NCBI GenBank assembly: GCA_016861265.1
Contig: BOLA01000001.1
Coordinates: 761,352-825,351, forward strand
Source: Patescibacteria group bacterium
Lineage (GTDB): Bacteria; Patescibacteriota; Dojkabacteria; J137
Length of the DNA stretch: 64,000 bases
Direction of reading: 5' to 3'
In this document: in pieces, positions 10,351-18,970 of the stretch
Position numbering within the stretch: position 1 is the first letter of the stretch
Layout of the letters: each line of letters opens with the position of its first letter
Translations under genes and position numbers: made by a program
Notes under the pieces: model-generated
The model's database searches: none
What the model was told of the DNA's origin: nothing
What the model saw: the letters and a program-made list of their open reading frames with translations, nothing else

Positions 10351-10439
10351 CACTAAGTCCACCTTCTTTAGAGAAGGTGGACAATCCCTTTTTATAGACA
10401 GGGATTACGCAATTTGATATCATTACATACTTAACAAAT

Positions 10440-10515
10440 GCTAGGGTAGCTCAGCTGGTAGAGCACTCGCCTGAAGAGCGAGGTGTCGTCGGTTCAAGTC
10501 CGACCCCTGGCACCA
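10440..10515 (+). tRNA. Second, sequence-distinct tRNA-Phe (anticodon GAA) with G37 and encoded CCA
   Basis: Acceptor gctaggg/ccctggc, D-arm tagctcagctggtagagca, anticodon stem ctcgc/gcgag with loop ctGAAga, T-arm gtcgg ttcaagt ccgac. 3' end acca. Confidence 0.7.
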
Positions 10516-10575
10516 TTTTTTCTATTTCCTCACTCACACTTGTTATAATCTGAATATATTTTTGTATATTTACAT

Positions 10576-11001
10576 ATGGATAATTCTGATTTGATTCTAG
10601 CTAAAATTAACGAACTTGCCGCTAAAGTAGAAGCTAATGGAAATGCAGGATTAACGACAAAAGAATTTGAATTTTGGAACTATCAAGGTGCACTTTCAAG
10701 TATAGAAAACGGTGGTATTTACAATCTCATAAATAATATCGGAATGGATTTTACAACCTACGACTATATAAAATATTTAGAAAGATTAGGATTCTCTGAA
10801 ATTGCTAATAAGATATTAATGGTTATTGGGGCAGTCTTTGCAACGAAGATTCCTTCAACGGATACGGATATAAGTATGGAAGATTTATTTGATGAAAAAT
10901 ATGAGGAAGAAATTAATGCACTATCCTCTAAGATTGAAGAATTAATTTATGCAAATTCTCAAGTGATTTGGGAGAAGATGTTGGAGGATTTAAATAACTA
11001 A
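10576..11001 (+). CDS. Hypothetical acidic protein (141 aa)
   Basis: Clean ORF directly after the tRNA cluster. Confidence 0.5.
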   Translation: MDNSDLILAKINELAAKVEANGNAGLTTKEFEFWNYQGALSSIENGGIYNLINNIGMDFTTYDYIKYLERLGFSEIANKILMVIGAVFATKIPSTDTDISMEDLFDEKYEEEINALSSKIEELIYANSQVIWEKMLEDLNN

Positions 11002-11017
11002 TTTATGGGGGTTATTT

Positions 11018-11434
11018 ATGGTTCAACAAATAACGAAGGAAAATATATTTGAACAACTTTACTCTATTGTTCCTGAGTTTAAAGGCGTGATTGATAGCGA
11101 ATACGATGATGAAGAGAAAGAAATTCAATATGTTTTAGCTTACAGACTAGCTCAATATACTTACGAATTATTTGTAACAAAAGATTTTGATCAATTGAAT
11201 AAGATATTAGAATATATCGAGTTGATACTTTCGATAGGTGATACATACGCTCAAGAGTTAGCTACTGTAGGATTCTTAGAGGATATTCAAACAGTTTGGG
11301 ATAATAGCGAAAGAGATCGTAGTGAGATTTATGATCTTCTTTTGCCAGAATCAAAAAAATGGTGGAATCAAGTTGATAAATTTTGGAACGGTAAGATAAA
11401 GTCTATTGGTGAGACTTATGAAGAAGAGTTGTAG
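11018..11434 (+). CDS. Hypothetical acidic protein (138 aa, W-rich C-terminus)
   Basis: Clean ORF 16 nt downstream of the previous gene. Likely co-transcribed. Confidence 0.5.
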   Translation: MVQQITKENIFEQLYSIVPEFKGVIDSEYDDEEKEIQYVLAYRLAQYTYELFVTKDFDQLNKILEYIELILSIGDTYAQELATVGFLEDIQTVWDNSERDRSEIYDLLLPESKKWWNQVDKFWNGKIKSIGETYEEEL

Positions 11435-11558
11435 GGACTCTCTTTATAAACTTATCCAGGTTATTAATACTAAAAGTAAGATTTGATTCATTTATAAAGT
11501 TGGGTTTCTTGGTAAGCAACCACTGCTCACCATTGATAATCCTTTATCTTCAATTATT

Positions 11559-12182
11559 TTAGAGATTAGTCAACCTTTTTAAAACTTCATTTTCACCAGT
11601 TACGCAAATCGACTTTCCTCCAATAGATTCAAAAAGCTCACAATTAGATTTAGAATCATCAATTAGAATACTTTCTTCTAGCTTGCTATCGAAGAGATTA
11701 ACTATATTCTTAAAGATTTTACCCTCGTCTGTCTTCTTTAACTGCCCAGTGTGATAGGATATGAATATTCCATCAAATGTTTTACTTATTTCTGGATTAT
11801 TAGGCAACGTGAATCTTGTAAAAGTGTCCATGTTATCAGTGATCATTACTACCTTATATTTACTTTTTAGTTCTTGAAGTTTTGATAGTATTTTTTCTGA
11901 GACATCAATTGTTTCTGCATCTTTCTTGAATATTTCGAATAAATAATCTTTATCAATATCAAACTTTTCTTTTATTAAATCATGAGCTTCTTCTGCAGTA
12001 TGCAATCCAATCATCCAGTCCTTAACAAAATCCCTATTCTCAACGAATACAAAGGAATTAATATCATTTCGCAAATTGAATAATTTATGATCTTCAGAAT
12101 AAATACTATTCCAAAAGTTTTGATAAGAAATAACTCCATTAAAATCTACAAAAAGGATAGGTTTCATAAACTTATTTAACAA
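11559..12182 (-). CDS. HAD-like hydrolase fold protein with a degenerate motif I (VDFNGV instead of DxDxT/V)
   Basis: ILFVDFNGVIS, VVMITDN and ILIDDSKSN resemble HAD motifs I, II and IV. The first Asp pair is incomplete. Confidence 0.4.
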   Translation of the reverse strand: MLNKFMKPILFVDFNGVISYQNFWNSIYSEDHKLFNLRNDINSFVFVENRDFVKDWMIGLHTAEEAHDLIKEKFDIDKDYLFEIFKKDAETIDVSEKILSKLQELKSKYKVVMITDNMDTFTRFTLPNNPEISKTFDGIFISYHTGQLKKTDEGKIFKNIVNLFDSKLEESILIDDSKSNCELFESIGGKSICVTGENEVLKRLTNL

Positions 12183-12204
12183 TTACTTTTAATAATAACT
12201 GAAA

Positions 12205-12528
12205 TTAGGACTCAATTGTACCAGGTAGTGTGTAAGTACCATCCCTGATTTCATCATGCCTATCCAACAGGTGTTGTGCTTCATCCATGCTTGTAGAAGG
12301 TATGATAATATCTTGAAGATTTTCTCTACTTAATACGCTTCCAGCCTGGGAATCTTTTGTAAATGCAAGTAGTGCTTTTTGAACATCTGTATTAGAAAAG
12401 CCTAGATTATTTAGAAGTAGTCTCATTGTTCCTTCAGGATTCCTCACTAAATCTTCATACTTGACTGCTTCCATATTTATTCCCTGCCTCCTAAGCTGAA
12501 GATACTTATCCATAACTGACAACCACAT
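12205..12528 (-). pseudogene. C-terminal fragment resembling a sulfotransferase (YEDLVRNPEGTMRLLLNNLGF). The N-terminal PAPS-binding part is absent.
   Basis: 107-aa ORF matching only the C-terminal YEDLv.dPe...l..FLG region of Stf-type sulfotransferases. Confidence 0.3.
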
Positions 12529-12620
12529 TAAAGTTATAAATTCGATTGGATTATAACTATTCTATTTCCTTTCACTTAAACTTTTGTAATAATTTAATAT
12601 CAATTTTTTTATTAAACGAT

Positions 12621-12922
12621 ATGACATTTCAAGAATCGATTAAGACATGCTTTAGAAAATACGCAGAATTCGAGGGAAAGGCTTCCCGATCTGAATTATG
12701 GTGGTTTCTTTTATTTGTAACTCTTGTTACAGGAGCATTGGTTATGTAAGTTCTGCAGTAGCTAGTATATTTTTAATTGCGGTATTGCTACCAGTATTGG
12801 CAGTAGGTTCTAGAAGACTTAGAGCCGTTGGAAAAAATAGCTGGTGGTTACTACTCTGGTTAATTCCATTTGCAGGTATAATAATGCTGGCAATCTGGTG
12901 GTCAGAAGAAGACGCGAAATAA
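12621..12922 (+). pseudogene. DUF805 family inner-membrane protein split by a frameshift near 12745-12760
   Basis: Frame 1 reads MTFQESIKTCFRKYAEFEGKASRSELWWFLLF (the DUF805 N-terminus). The next frame continues with VGSRRLRAVGKNSWWLLLWLIPFAGIIM, the RRLHD.G.SGWW hallmark. Confidence 0.6.
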
Positions 12923-12952
12923 ACATACTAAATTAATTTTTAGCGATTAGTT

Positions 12953-13369
12953 ATGGTTAAGCAAGTATTTGTTAATTTACCAGTTTCGGATCTAGTGAAG
13001 TCAACCGCTTTCTATGAAGCCTTGGGTTTTACTAAGAATCCTAATTTCTCCGATGAAAAGGCAAGTAGCCTTATGTGGTCGGATCAAATAATCTTCATGC
13101 TCTTGAGCCACGAATCTTATAACGGTTTTATTCCTGGTAAACAAATTCCGGACTCTACAAAAAATGCACAGGTATTAATTGCACTGTCTTTAGATTCAAA
13201 GGATGCAGTAACAAAATTTGCTGAGACTGCAAAACAAAACGGTGGAGATTTTTATAAAATTGAAACTGGTGTACCAGAAGACTTGATGTTTGGATTAGAA
13301 GTTACAGATCCTGATGGTCATATTTTAGAACCGGTTTGGATGGCCCCCGATTTTAATCCGCAGGCGTAA
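12953..13369 (+). CDS. VOC / glyoxalase-bleomycin-resistance family protein
   Basis: 138 aa, paired beta-alpha-beta-beta-beta modules (FYEALGF, GLEVTDPDGHILE). Confidence 0.75.
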   Translation: MVKQVFVNLPVSDLVKSTAFYEALGFTKNPNFSDEKASSLMWSDQIIFMLLSHESYNGFIPGKQIPDSTKNAQVLIALSLDSKDAVTKFAETAKQNGGDFYKIETGVPEDLMFGLEVTDPDGHILEPVWMAPDFNPQA

Positions 13370-13384
13370 ACTTATTTTAAGTGG

Positions 13385-13939
13385 CTATAATGCCTCTACA
13401 GAATACACAATATTTTCAAAGTAAATTCTATACTCTGAATTATCGTGTGTGCCGTCGTTTAGTGTAAAGTGAAAATAAACAATACTGTCCTCTACTTTTA
13501 TTACATAATCAATGTAGTCATATCCATTTTCAGAATATTCCTCCTTATACGTAACAAAACCATTCACAGTTAAATCTATTTGGTTTCCTTTTTGCGAATG
13601 AAATCTATTTGTATACCATTGCCTTGGATTTAAGTCTGACTGCTCGTTGAATACATTTAGAATATATCGGTCTACAGAGTTGGGTTTAAAGGCGACATTG
13701 CCATCTTGTGTGTCAAGTGAATCCCAATTTTTATACATTTTTATTTGATAACTAAAGTCGTTGTTAATAAAGGAATAAATTTCGGGATCGTTTAGAGGAT
13801 AACTAATTGATCCTTGCTGGAAAGTATTAAAAGCTTGCTCAATCTGTGATCTTAATAAGAACACAACGATTATTAGGACTAGTACAACATTAAAAACGAT
13901 AGAAATTGAGAGTATCAAATTAGATTTGATTTTTAGCAT
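13385..13939 (-). CDS. Hypothetical membrane-anchored protein (184 aa)
   Basis: N-terminal TM helix, then a Tyr/Asn-rich extracellular domain. Confidence 0.5.
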   Translation of the reverse strand: MLKIKSNLILSISIVFNVVLVLIIVVFLLRSQIEQAFNTFQQGSISYPLNDPEIYSFINNDFSYQIKMYKNWDSLDTQDGNVAFKPNSVDRYILNVFNEQSDLNPRQWYTNRFHSQKGNQIDLTVNGFVTYKEEYSENGYDYIDYVIKVEDSIVYFHFTLNDGTHDNSEYRIYFENIVYSVEAL

Positions 13940-14027
13940 AGGTATTTATTAACTATAATTATTGTCCAATTTTTTATTTATGAATACAAGCTTACCTAAT
14001 TTATTAGAACTCTGATAATATTAGTTA

Positions 14028-15392
14028 ATGGAAAAGAAATCCTTACCCGAACCACCAAAAACATTTAGGAACTTAATTGGGCCAGGACTAGTTCTAATTG
14101 CCATGGGGCTAGGCTCCGGCGAGTTTGTACTGTGGCCTTATTTTATATCTCAATTTGGATTTGGAATTATTTGGGGTGCAATATTGGGAATTCTATTTCA
14201 GTATTTTGTAAGTAACGAAACTGGTAGATATACTCTCGCAACAGGGAATAGTGTATTTGTAGGTTTCAAAAAGTTATCCAGATTCTTTCCTGCTTGGTTT
14301 ATAATTTCTACCTTCTTGTCTTTTGCCTGGCCAGGAATAATCGGTACTGGTGGCGAAATTCTTGGTAGATTGTTAAATATTCAAGACTTTAGATGGCTTA
14401 CTATTACCATGTTGATAATTATCGGATTGATTTTCACATTGGGTGGAAAGGTCTACTCTACCCTCGAAAAAACTCAGAAAATATTCTTGCTTATATCTAT
14501 CCCAACATTAATCTTAATAGTTGTTTTAATTGTAAATCCATCAACTTTTATTGATATTGCACAAGGTACAATTGGACTAGGAGATGGTTACTTTCTATTT
14601 CCTGTAGGAATTTCTATTGGGCAATTTCTAGGTGCTATTGCATACTCGGGTGCTGCAGGTAATTTAATACTATCTCATTCTTTTTACATACAAGATAAAG
14701 GTTTTGGCATGGCAGGATATGGAGAAGGTGAACTAGTTATGGGCAAAGAATCCTATTTAAAGGAACTGAAGAATCAGTTCGAATTAAATTCAGAAAATAT
14801 TAAAAAGTTTAAGAGGTGGTTTAATGTTGTAGCTTTGGAGCAATTCATTTCGTTTGTTATTATAGGCTTTTTGTCTATTATTCTTTTAACAATAATCGCA
14901 TATGAATTAATTTACCCTGCAGCCACTGCAGATAATTTAAACTTTATTTTTCTAGAAGCTGAGAAATTATCTTTGATTACACCAATTCTCGGAACTACCC
15001 TTCTGATTCTTGGAGTTGTATTTTTATTTACAACACAATTGGGCGTATTTGAATCTACATCTAGAATTATGTCTGAAAATATACACATGAGCTCAGATTT
15101 TTTTGGGAGAATTTCGAGGAGTAAGTTATTCTTTATTTTTTTATGGGTTCAAATTGTATTTGCAATAATTGTGACTTTACTAAATATTGCGGCTCCACTG
15201 CAGATATTGTTTCTAAATACATTGTTCAGTGCTCTTTCTATGTTCGTATTATCGGGTGCAGTACTATGGCTTAATAATTCTAGGTTTACACCAACGCAAT
15301 TACGACCAAAGTTATTCAGGAATACAATGCTGCTACTAAGTTTTCTATTCTTTGGATTCTTCTGCATAATAGTCATTATTGATAGTTTTTAA
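14028..15392 (+). CDS. Polytopic membrane transporter, Nramp-like
   Basis: About 11 TM segments. N-terminal GPGLVLIAMGLGSGEF resembles the Nramp GPGFL..A..DPGN block. Confidence 0.45.
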   Translation: MEKKSLPEPPKTFRNLIGPGLVLIAMGLGSGEFVLWPYFISQFGFGIIWGAILGILFQYFVSNETGRYTLATGNSVFVGFKKLSRFFPAWFIISTFLSFAWPGIIGTGGEILGRLLNIQDFRWLTITMLIIIGLIFTLGGKVYSTLEKTQKIFLLISIPTLILIVVLIVNPSTFIDIAQGTIGLGDGYFLFPVGISIGQFLGAIAYSGAAGNLILSHSFYIQDKGFGMAGYGEGELVMGKESYLKELKNQFELNSENIKKFKRWFNVVALEQFISFVIIGFLSIILLTIIAYELIYPAATADNLNFIFLEAEKLSLITPILGTTLLILGVVFLFTTQLGVFESTSRIMSENIHMSSDFFGRISRSKLFFIFLWVQIVFAIIVTLLNIAAPLQILFLNTLFSALSMFVLSGAVLWLNNSRFTPTQLRPKLFRNTMLLLSFLFFGFFCIIVIIDSF

Positions 15393-15453
15393 ATTTTAAT
15401 TACATATATCAATTTGTTGTATATAATCAGATATTAATTTTAACGACATATTT

Positions 15454-16122
15454 ATGAAGAAACTACTGATTGTAGGCTGCGTATTATTACTATGCTGCTG
15501 CGTATCATCAATTGCTGGCTTTGCAGCAATAGGTTATTTTGAATCTAATGGAAGCTGTGTTTATAGAGGCCCTTTTGCAACTGTTAGTTCGGGAGCATGT
15601 GTTGCTGCAACAAATGGAACTATGAATTCAACAAATTCCACCAATACAACAAATACAACTAATAGCACAAACCAAGATAGTACAACGGGTTCAACAGATA
15701 AAGTGTATGTAGGTGCTGAGTATTCCCTGACTTATCCACAGGGATTTATTGTGGATGATTCCGACAATAGCATCTTATTTGTGTATGCAGCAAATGAACT
15801 TGATAACTTGAATATTTCTAAAAGAAATTATGCAATAACGGCAACTCAAAATAATTGTGAAGATTACGCCTATAGCACTTTGGATGAACTTGTTGACTAC
15901 GATGCAATTCTAGAAGATGTAAGTGTAGTAACAATTGGAGGCTATAAGGCTTGTAAGGTAGATTTTAGTGCTGACTATGGAACCAGCAGCGGAATTGTAT
16001 ACCAGACCCAATACTACATCGCAGCAGGAGCCAGTACATATTTTGAAACAATAACTATCAATCTAGATGACTCTAACTTCGATGCCTTAGATAACGTTGC
16101 TAGATCCATTCAGTTTAATTAA
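15454..16122 (+). CDS. Secreted or lipo-protein with an Asn/Thr-rich low-complexity linker (NSTNSTNTTNTTNSTN)
   Basis: Signal peptide with Cys cluster (LLLCCCVSS) followed by a globular domain. Confidence 0.5.
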   Translation: MKKLLIVGCVLLLCCCVSSIAGFAAIGYFESNGSCVYRGPFATVSSGACVAATNGTMNSTNSTNTTNTTNSTNQDSTTGSTDKVYVGAEYSLTYPQGFIVDDSDNSILFVYAANELDNLNISKRNYAITATQNNCEDYAYSTLDELVDYDAILEDVSVVTIGGYKACKVDFSADYGTSSGIVYQTQYYIAAGASTYFETITINLDDSNFDALDNVARSIQFN

Positions 16123-16180
16123 AAATATTAACAACCATTGAAAGAATGGTACTGGAATAGTATAATTCCAGTACCTCTTA

Positions 16181-16256
16181 AGGGCAGTTAGCTCAGCTGG
16201 TAGAGCGCTCCGTTTACACCGGAGTGGTCATAGGTTCGAATCCTATACTGCCCACC
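16181..16256 (+). tRNA. tRNA-Val (anticodon UAC), CCA encoded
   Basis: Acceptor gggcagt/actgccc, anticodon stem ctccg/cggag with loop ttTACac, T-loop ggttcgaatcc. Preceded by an 11-bp perfect hairpin at 16147-16174. Confidence 0.85.
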
Positions 16257-16277
16257 ATTTTCCTTACAGTGTTAAAA

Positions 16278-16838
16278 ATGAATATAGCACTTGATTTTGA
16301 TGATGTTTGTACAGATACACATGCATATAAATATGCAGCTTTTCAATCACGACTAGGGCATGGTAACTTCGAATATGTAAGCCGCACAACACTTGTGGAT
16401 GCCGGTCACTTGACTATTTCTGAATATAAGGCAATTCAAACAGAAATATACTGTGACGTAGAAGGATCCTTAGATAGACTTAAATTTAAGAGTGATTGTG
16501 TTACTTCCATTAAAAACTTAATTGCAGCAGGTCATACAGTTAGCATTGTTACCGCTAGAGATGGTATTCCCTTAGATATTGCTAGAATGCTTTTAGAGCG
16601 GGAAGGTTTAGACTTGACCACTATAGGTGTTGGTTATGGGAATAGTAAAACTGAGGCTTTAAAAGACTTTGATGTTTTTATTGATGATGACCCTACTCAC
16701 TTAGTAGACCTTTTAGGAACTGGTAAAAGGTTATACATAATGTCTACCTCTGAAAATATGCAGTTTGAACACCCAGAAATTAAACGTGTTAATAATTGGC
16801 AAGAATTTTTTGAAGAGATAACTTCTATAGAAGCTTAA
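16278..16838 (+). CDS. HAD-superfamily hydrolase (nucleotidase-like), start moved to MNIALDFDD
   Basis: Motif I ALDFDDVCTD (DxDxV), motif II SIVTAR, motif IV VFIDDD. The ORF-track start at 16224 lies inside the tRNA. Confidence 0.6.
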   Translation: MNIALDFDDVCTDTHAYKYAAFQSRLGHGNFEYVSRTTLVDAGHLTISEYKAIQTEIYCDVEGSLDRLKFKSDCVTSIKNLIAAGHTVSIVTARDGIPLDIARMLLEREGLDLTTIGVGYGNSKTEALKDFDVFIDDDPTHLVDLLGTGKRLYIMSTSENMQFEHPEIKRVNNWQEFFEEITSIEA

Positions 16839-16868
16839 AGAGCCACATTACGTGGCTCTTTGTTTATC
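16838..16868 (+). terminator. Intrinsic terminator (aagagccac-attac-gtggctctt plus TGTTTATCGTTTG). Marks the left edge of the high-GC island.
   Basis: 9-bp perfect stem followed by a T-rich run. Confidence 0.5.
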
Positions 16869-16882
16869 GTTTGTTGCCTAGA

Positions 16883-18970
16883 CTACTCGATTTGTCCGCC
16901 CTGCCATTCCTCGGCAATTGATCGGGCTAATTTATTGCCCAAATCGAACTGCCTTGTCATAACAGTGTTATCGGCTTGCCCAAATGCAGCAAGAGATAGC
17001 GCAGCTGCAATGGCATGCCCGATAATGAAACTTGTCCCTTGGCTGTCGCCTCGATCAATTGAGTGTGATAGCTCGGGGTAGTCAGAGTTTATCCAAATTT
17101 CCCCCTGCTCCAAGTGATTAAGAGACCAAGCTCCTGCATCCTGACCCGCCGGGCTAAATACCACTGACAACCCCGATTTAAGTTTACGCCGTAAGCGCTT
17201 TTCTTCCCCAGTTATTACATCAAACCGCACCGTGATGTGGTCACGCGGAGCGATAAACGTTAACTGAGGATTCTGTACGCCTAGAGCAAGACTCACTCCT
17301 TGCGGCAGGTCTAGGTATATCCTATACTTCTGCCGATTACTCACTGGGTCAAGGTTTACATGCCCTTTAAAGTTCTTCTCGTGTGCTGTACGACCTTTCT
17401 CGTCAAGTACGCGAACTCTGAACTCTAGGGCACTCAATTCGCCGTGTTCGTTAAGAACAAGCACGCTTATGCCCGGTAGAACTGGTTGTGATTCGTCCTT
17501 CCCTCCCGCTGCTCCACCGCCGGGATTTTCATTTACCTTGGTTACTCCCGGTTTAGGAGGGGTATCCAGAGTAAAGAAATCTCCGAAGCTGTTTAGCGCA
17601 CGGGACATTGCTTGGTTAACGATCTCGTTTATTGCGGCAGTTCGTTGTGCTTTTCTTGACTCCTTTATTTCTCCGACTCTCTGGACTATGTACTCCGTCA
17701 GCTTATTGATTTCTTCAAGCAGTGTAGCAATACCTTTGTTGGCGATGTTGGGACGATCTTTCTTGGGGTCCCAGAAATTCTGGTCTCCAAGCCCGTATCT
17801 TGCAGGTACGAGATCGGCGGGGGTAAATATCTCAATTAACCCCGTTAGCGATGGATGACCCCATACCTCCGGAAAGTACTCCGGTATAGATATTACGGGG
17901 TCTTTTTTTACACCTCGTCTTACAAAACTGGGCGGGAAAGGCTGTCCCTCCTTGCCTACGGTATTTAGGTGAATCACCGCTTGATAGGGATACCCTTGGT
18001 ATTCTGTATCGATTACAATGGGTGAATCCTCAAAAAGCGGATGACCGATGAGTCGTATTGATTCCAATTCCTTTGGCTGGGAATTGAACTTTACAGAAGT
18101 TTTGGTGACCGTCGCATTGTAGAACAGTATGCGAATGTCGCCGTTATAGATCAATCCTCCGTATAGATCACGTAAATGCTCACGAATGTACTGTTCGTTG
18201 ATTCTGGCACTTAAGTCTGTGATTTCAACGATTGTGCCATGTTCCATTGAAACATTAATGTAGGGAATTCTAAAGCCGTTCAAGAATTCCCCCGTGACTT
18301 CAACGATTTCGAAGCCTCGATTCCGTACTTCCGGGTTGGGACTGAATCTAGGTGCCTTTAGCTGGTATATGGGAACTTGGTTCTGTTTTTGTACATTGCC
18401 ACCGTAGCCAGCAGAGGCCAGTCCTATAAAAGCCCGGGATGTGTAGTGACACTGCCCAAGGCTCCATGCTTCAGTCATTCCAATTCCAAAAGTACCCTGT
18501 GGCCGATCAGCCGTTCGTTTCCGCATTGACCACAGGCTTTGAACCGGCTGCTGTGCTCTCGCCCAAAAATCTGGACGCGATTTAGCACTCAGCGCCCCGG
18601 AGCTAAGCATGTACAGAAACGATATTGCGTAAACCGGATTAAGCTGGCTGAACATTGCTTCAATTGCTGCCCTCGCAATATCTTCATCGAGCGAGTTTGC
18701 ATGTTCAATGTACTCAGCAATAATCCGAGCCTGATCTTCTGGAACGCGTCCCAGAATCCCATGCCCATTATCTGCTACTACAATCCTCCTTCCTTCTGTT
18801 CCTTCGACCAGTACAATGTGAATTGTATCTGCTCCCGCATCAACGGCGTTGCCGACCAACTCAGAAAGAGTGCTGCTTACTTGGCCTTGACCAAGGCTTG
18901 CAACACGGTTCAAAAGATTATCGGTGTTAGCGTTGAATGTTCCAGTTACAACCTTTGATGATTGCTTCAT
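16883..18970 (-). CDS. GHKL / Bergerat-fold ATPase (MORC/MutL-like N-terminal domain) with an uncharacterised C-terminal region of about 500 aa
   Basis: Motif I ELVGNAVDAGA (ExxxNxxDA), motif II DNGHGI (DxGxG), motif III/G2 GTFGIGMTEAW. 695 aa. Start ATG overlaps the upstream stop (TAATG). Confidence 0.7.
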   Translation of the reverse strand: MKQSSKVVTGTFNANTDNLLNRVASLGQGQVSSTLSELVGNAVDAGADTIHIVLVEGTEGRRIVVADNGHGILGRVPEDQARIIAEYIEHANSLDEDIARAAIEAMFSQLNPVYAISFLYMLSSGALSAKSRPDFWARAQQPVQSLWSMRKRTADRPQGTFGIGMTEAWSLGQCHYTSRAFIGLASAGYGGNVQKQNQVPIYQLKAPRFSPNPEVRNRGFEIVEVTGEFLNGFRIPYINVSMEHGTIVEITDLSARINEQYIREHLRDLYGGLIYNGDIRILFYNATVTKTSVKFNSQPKELESIRLIGHPLFEDSPIVIDTEYQGYPYQAVIHLNTVGKEGQPFPPSFVRRGVKKDPVISIPEYFPEVWGHPSLTGLIEIFTPADLVPARYGLGDQNFWDPKKDRPNIANKGIATLLEEINKLTEYIVQRVGEIKESRKAQRTAAINEIVNQAMSRALNSFGDFFTLDTPPKPGVTKVNENPGGGAAGGKDESQPVLPGISVLVLNEHGELSALEFRVRVLDEKGRTAHEKNFKGHVNLDPVSNRQKYRIYLDLPQGVSLALGVQNPQLTFIAPRDHITVRFDVITGEEKRLRRKLKSGLSVVFSPAGQDAGAWSLNHLEQGEIWINSDYPELSHSIDRGDSQGTSFIIGHAIAAALSLAAFGQADNTVMTRQFDLGNKLARSIAEEWQGGQIE

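Noticed and set aside
10175-10423. 82-aa minus-strand ORF spanning the tRNA-Phe / tRNA-Tyr-like region
   Set aside because: Overlaps two tRNA genes and their hairpins. Spurious.
15600-15700. Short nucleotide periodicity (aca/aat repeats) that could look like a tandem repeat
   Set aside because: It simply encodes the NSTNSTNTTNTTNSTN low-complexity linker of a secreted protein. Not a CRISPR or VNTR.
16224-16277. ORF-track start of the HAD hydrolase gene at 16224
   Set aside because: The first 33 nt lie inside tRNA-Val(UAC). The DxDxV motif begins right after the internal Met (MNIALDFDD), so the start was moved to 16278.
17469-18958. 129- and 139-aa plus-strand ORFs inside the GHKL ATPase gene, and 62-aa ORFs inside the partner gene
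   Set aside because: High-GC DNA generates long antisense ORFs by chance. They lack an RBS and are Pro/Arg/Ser-biased.
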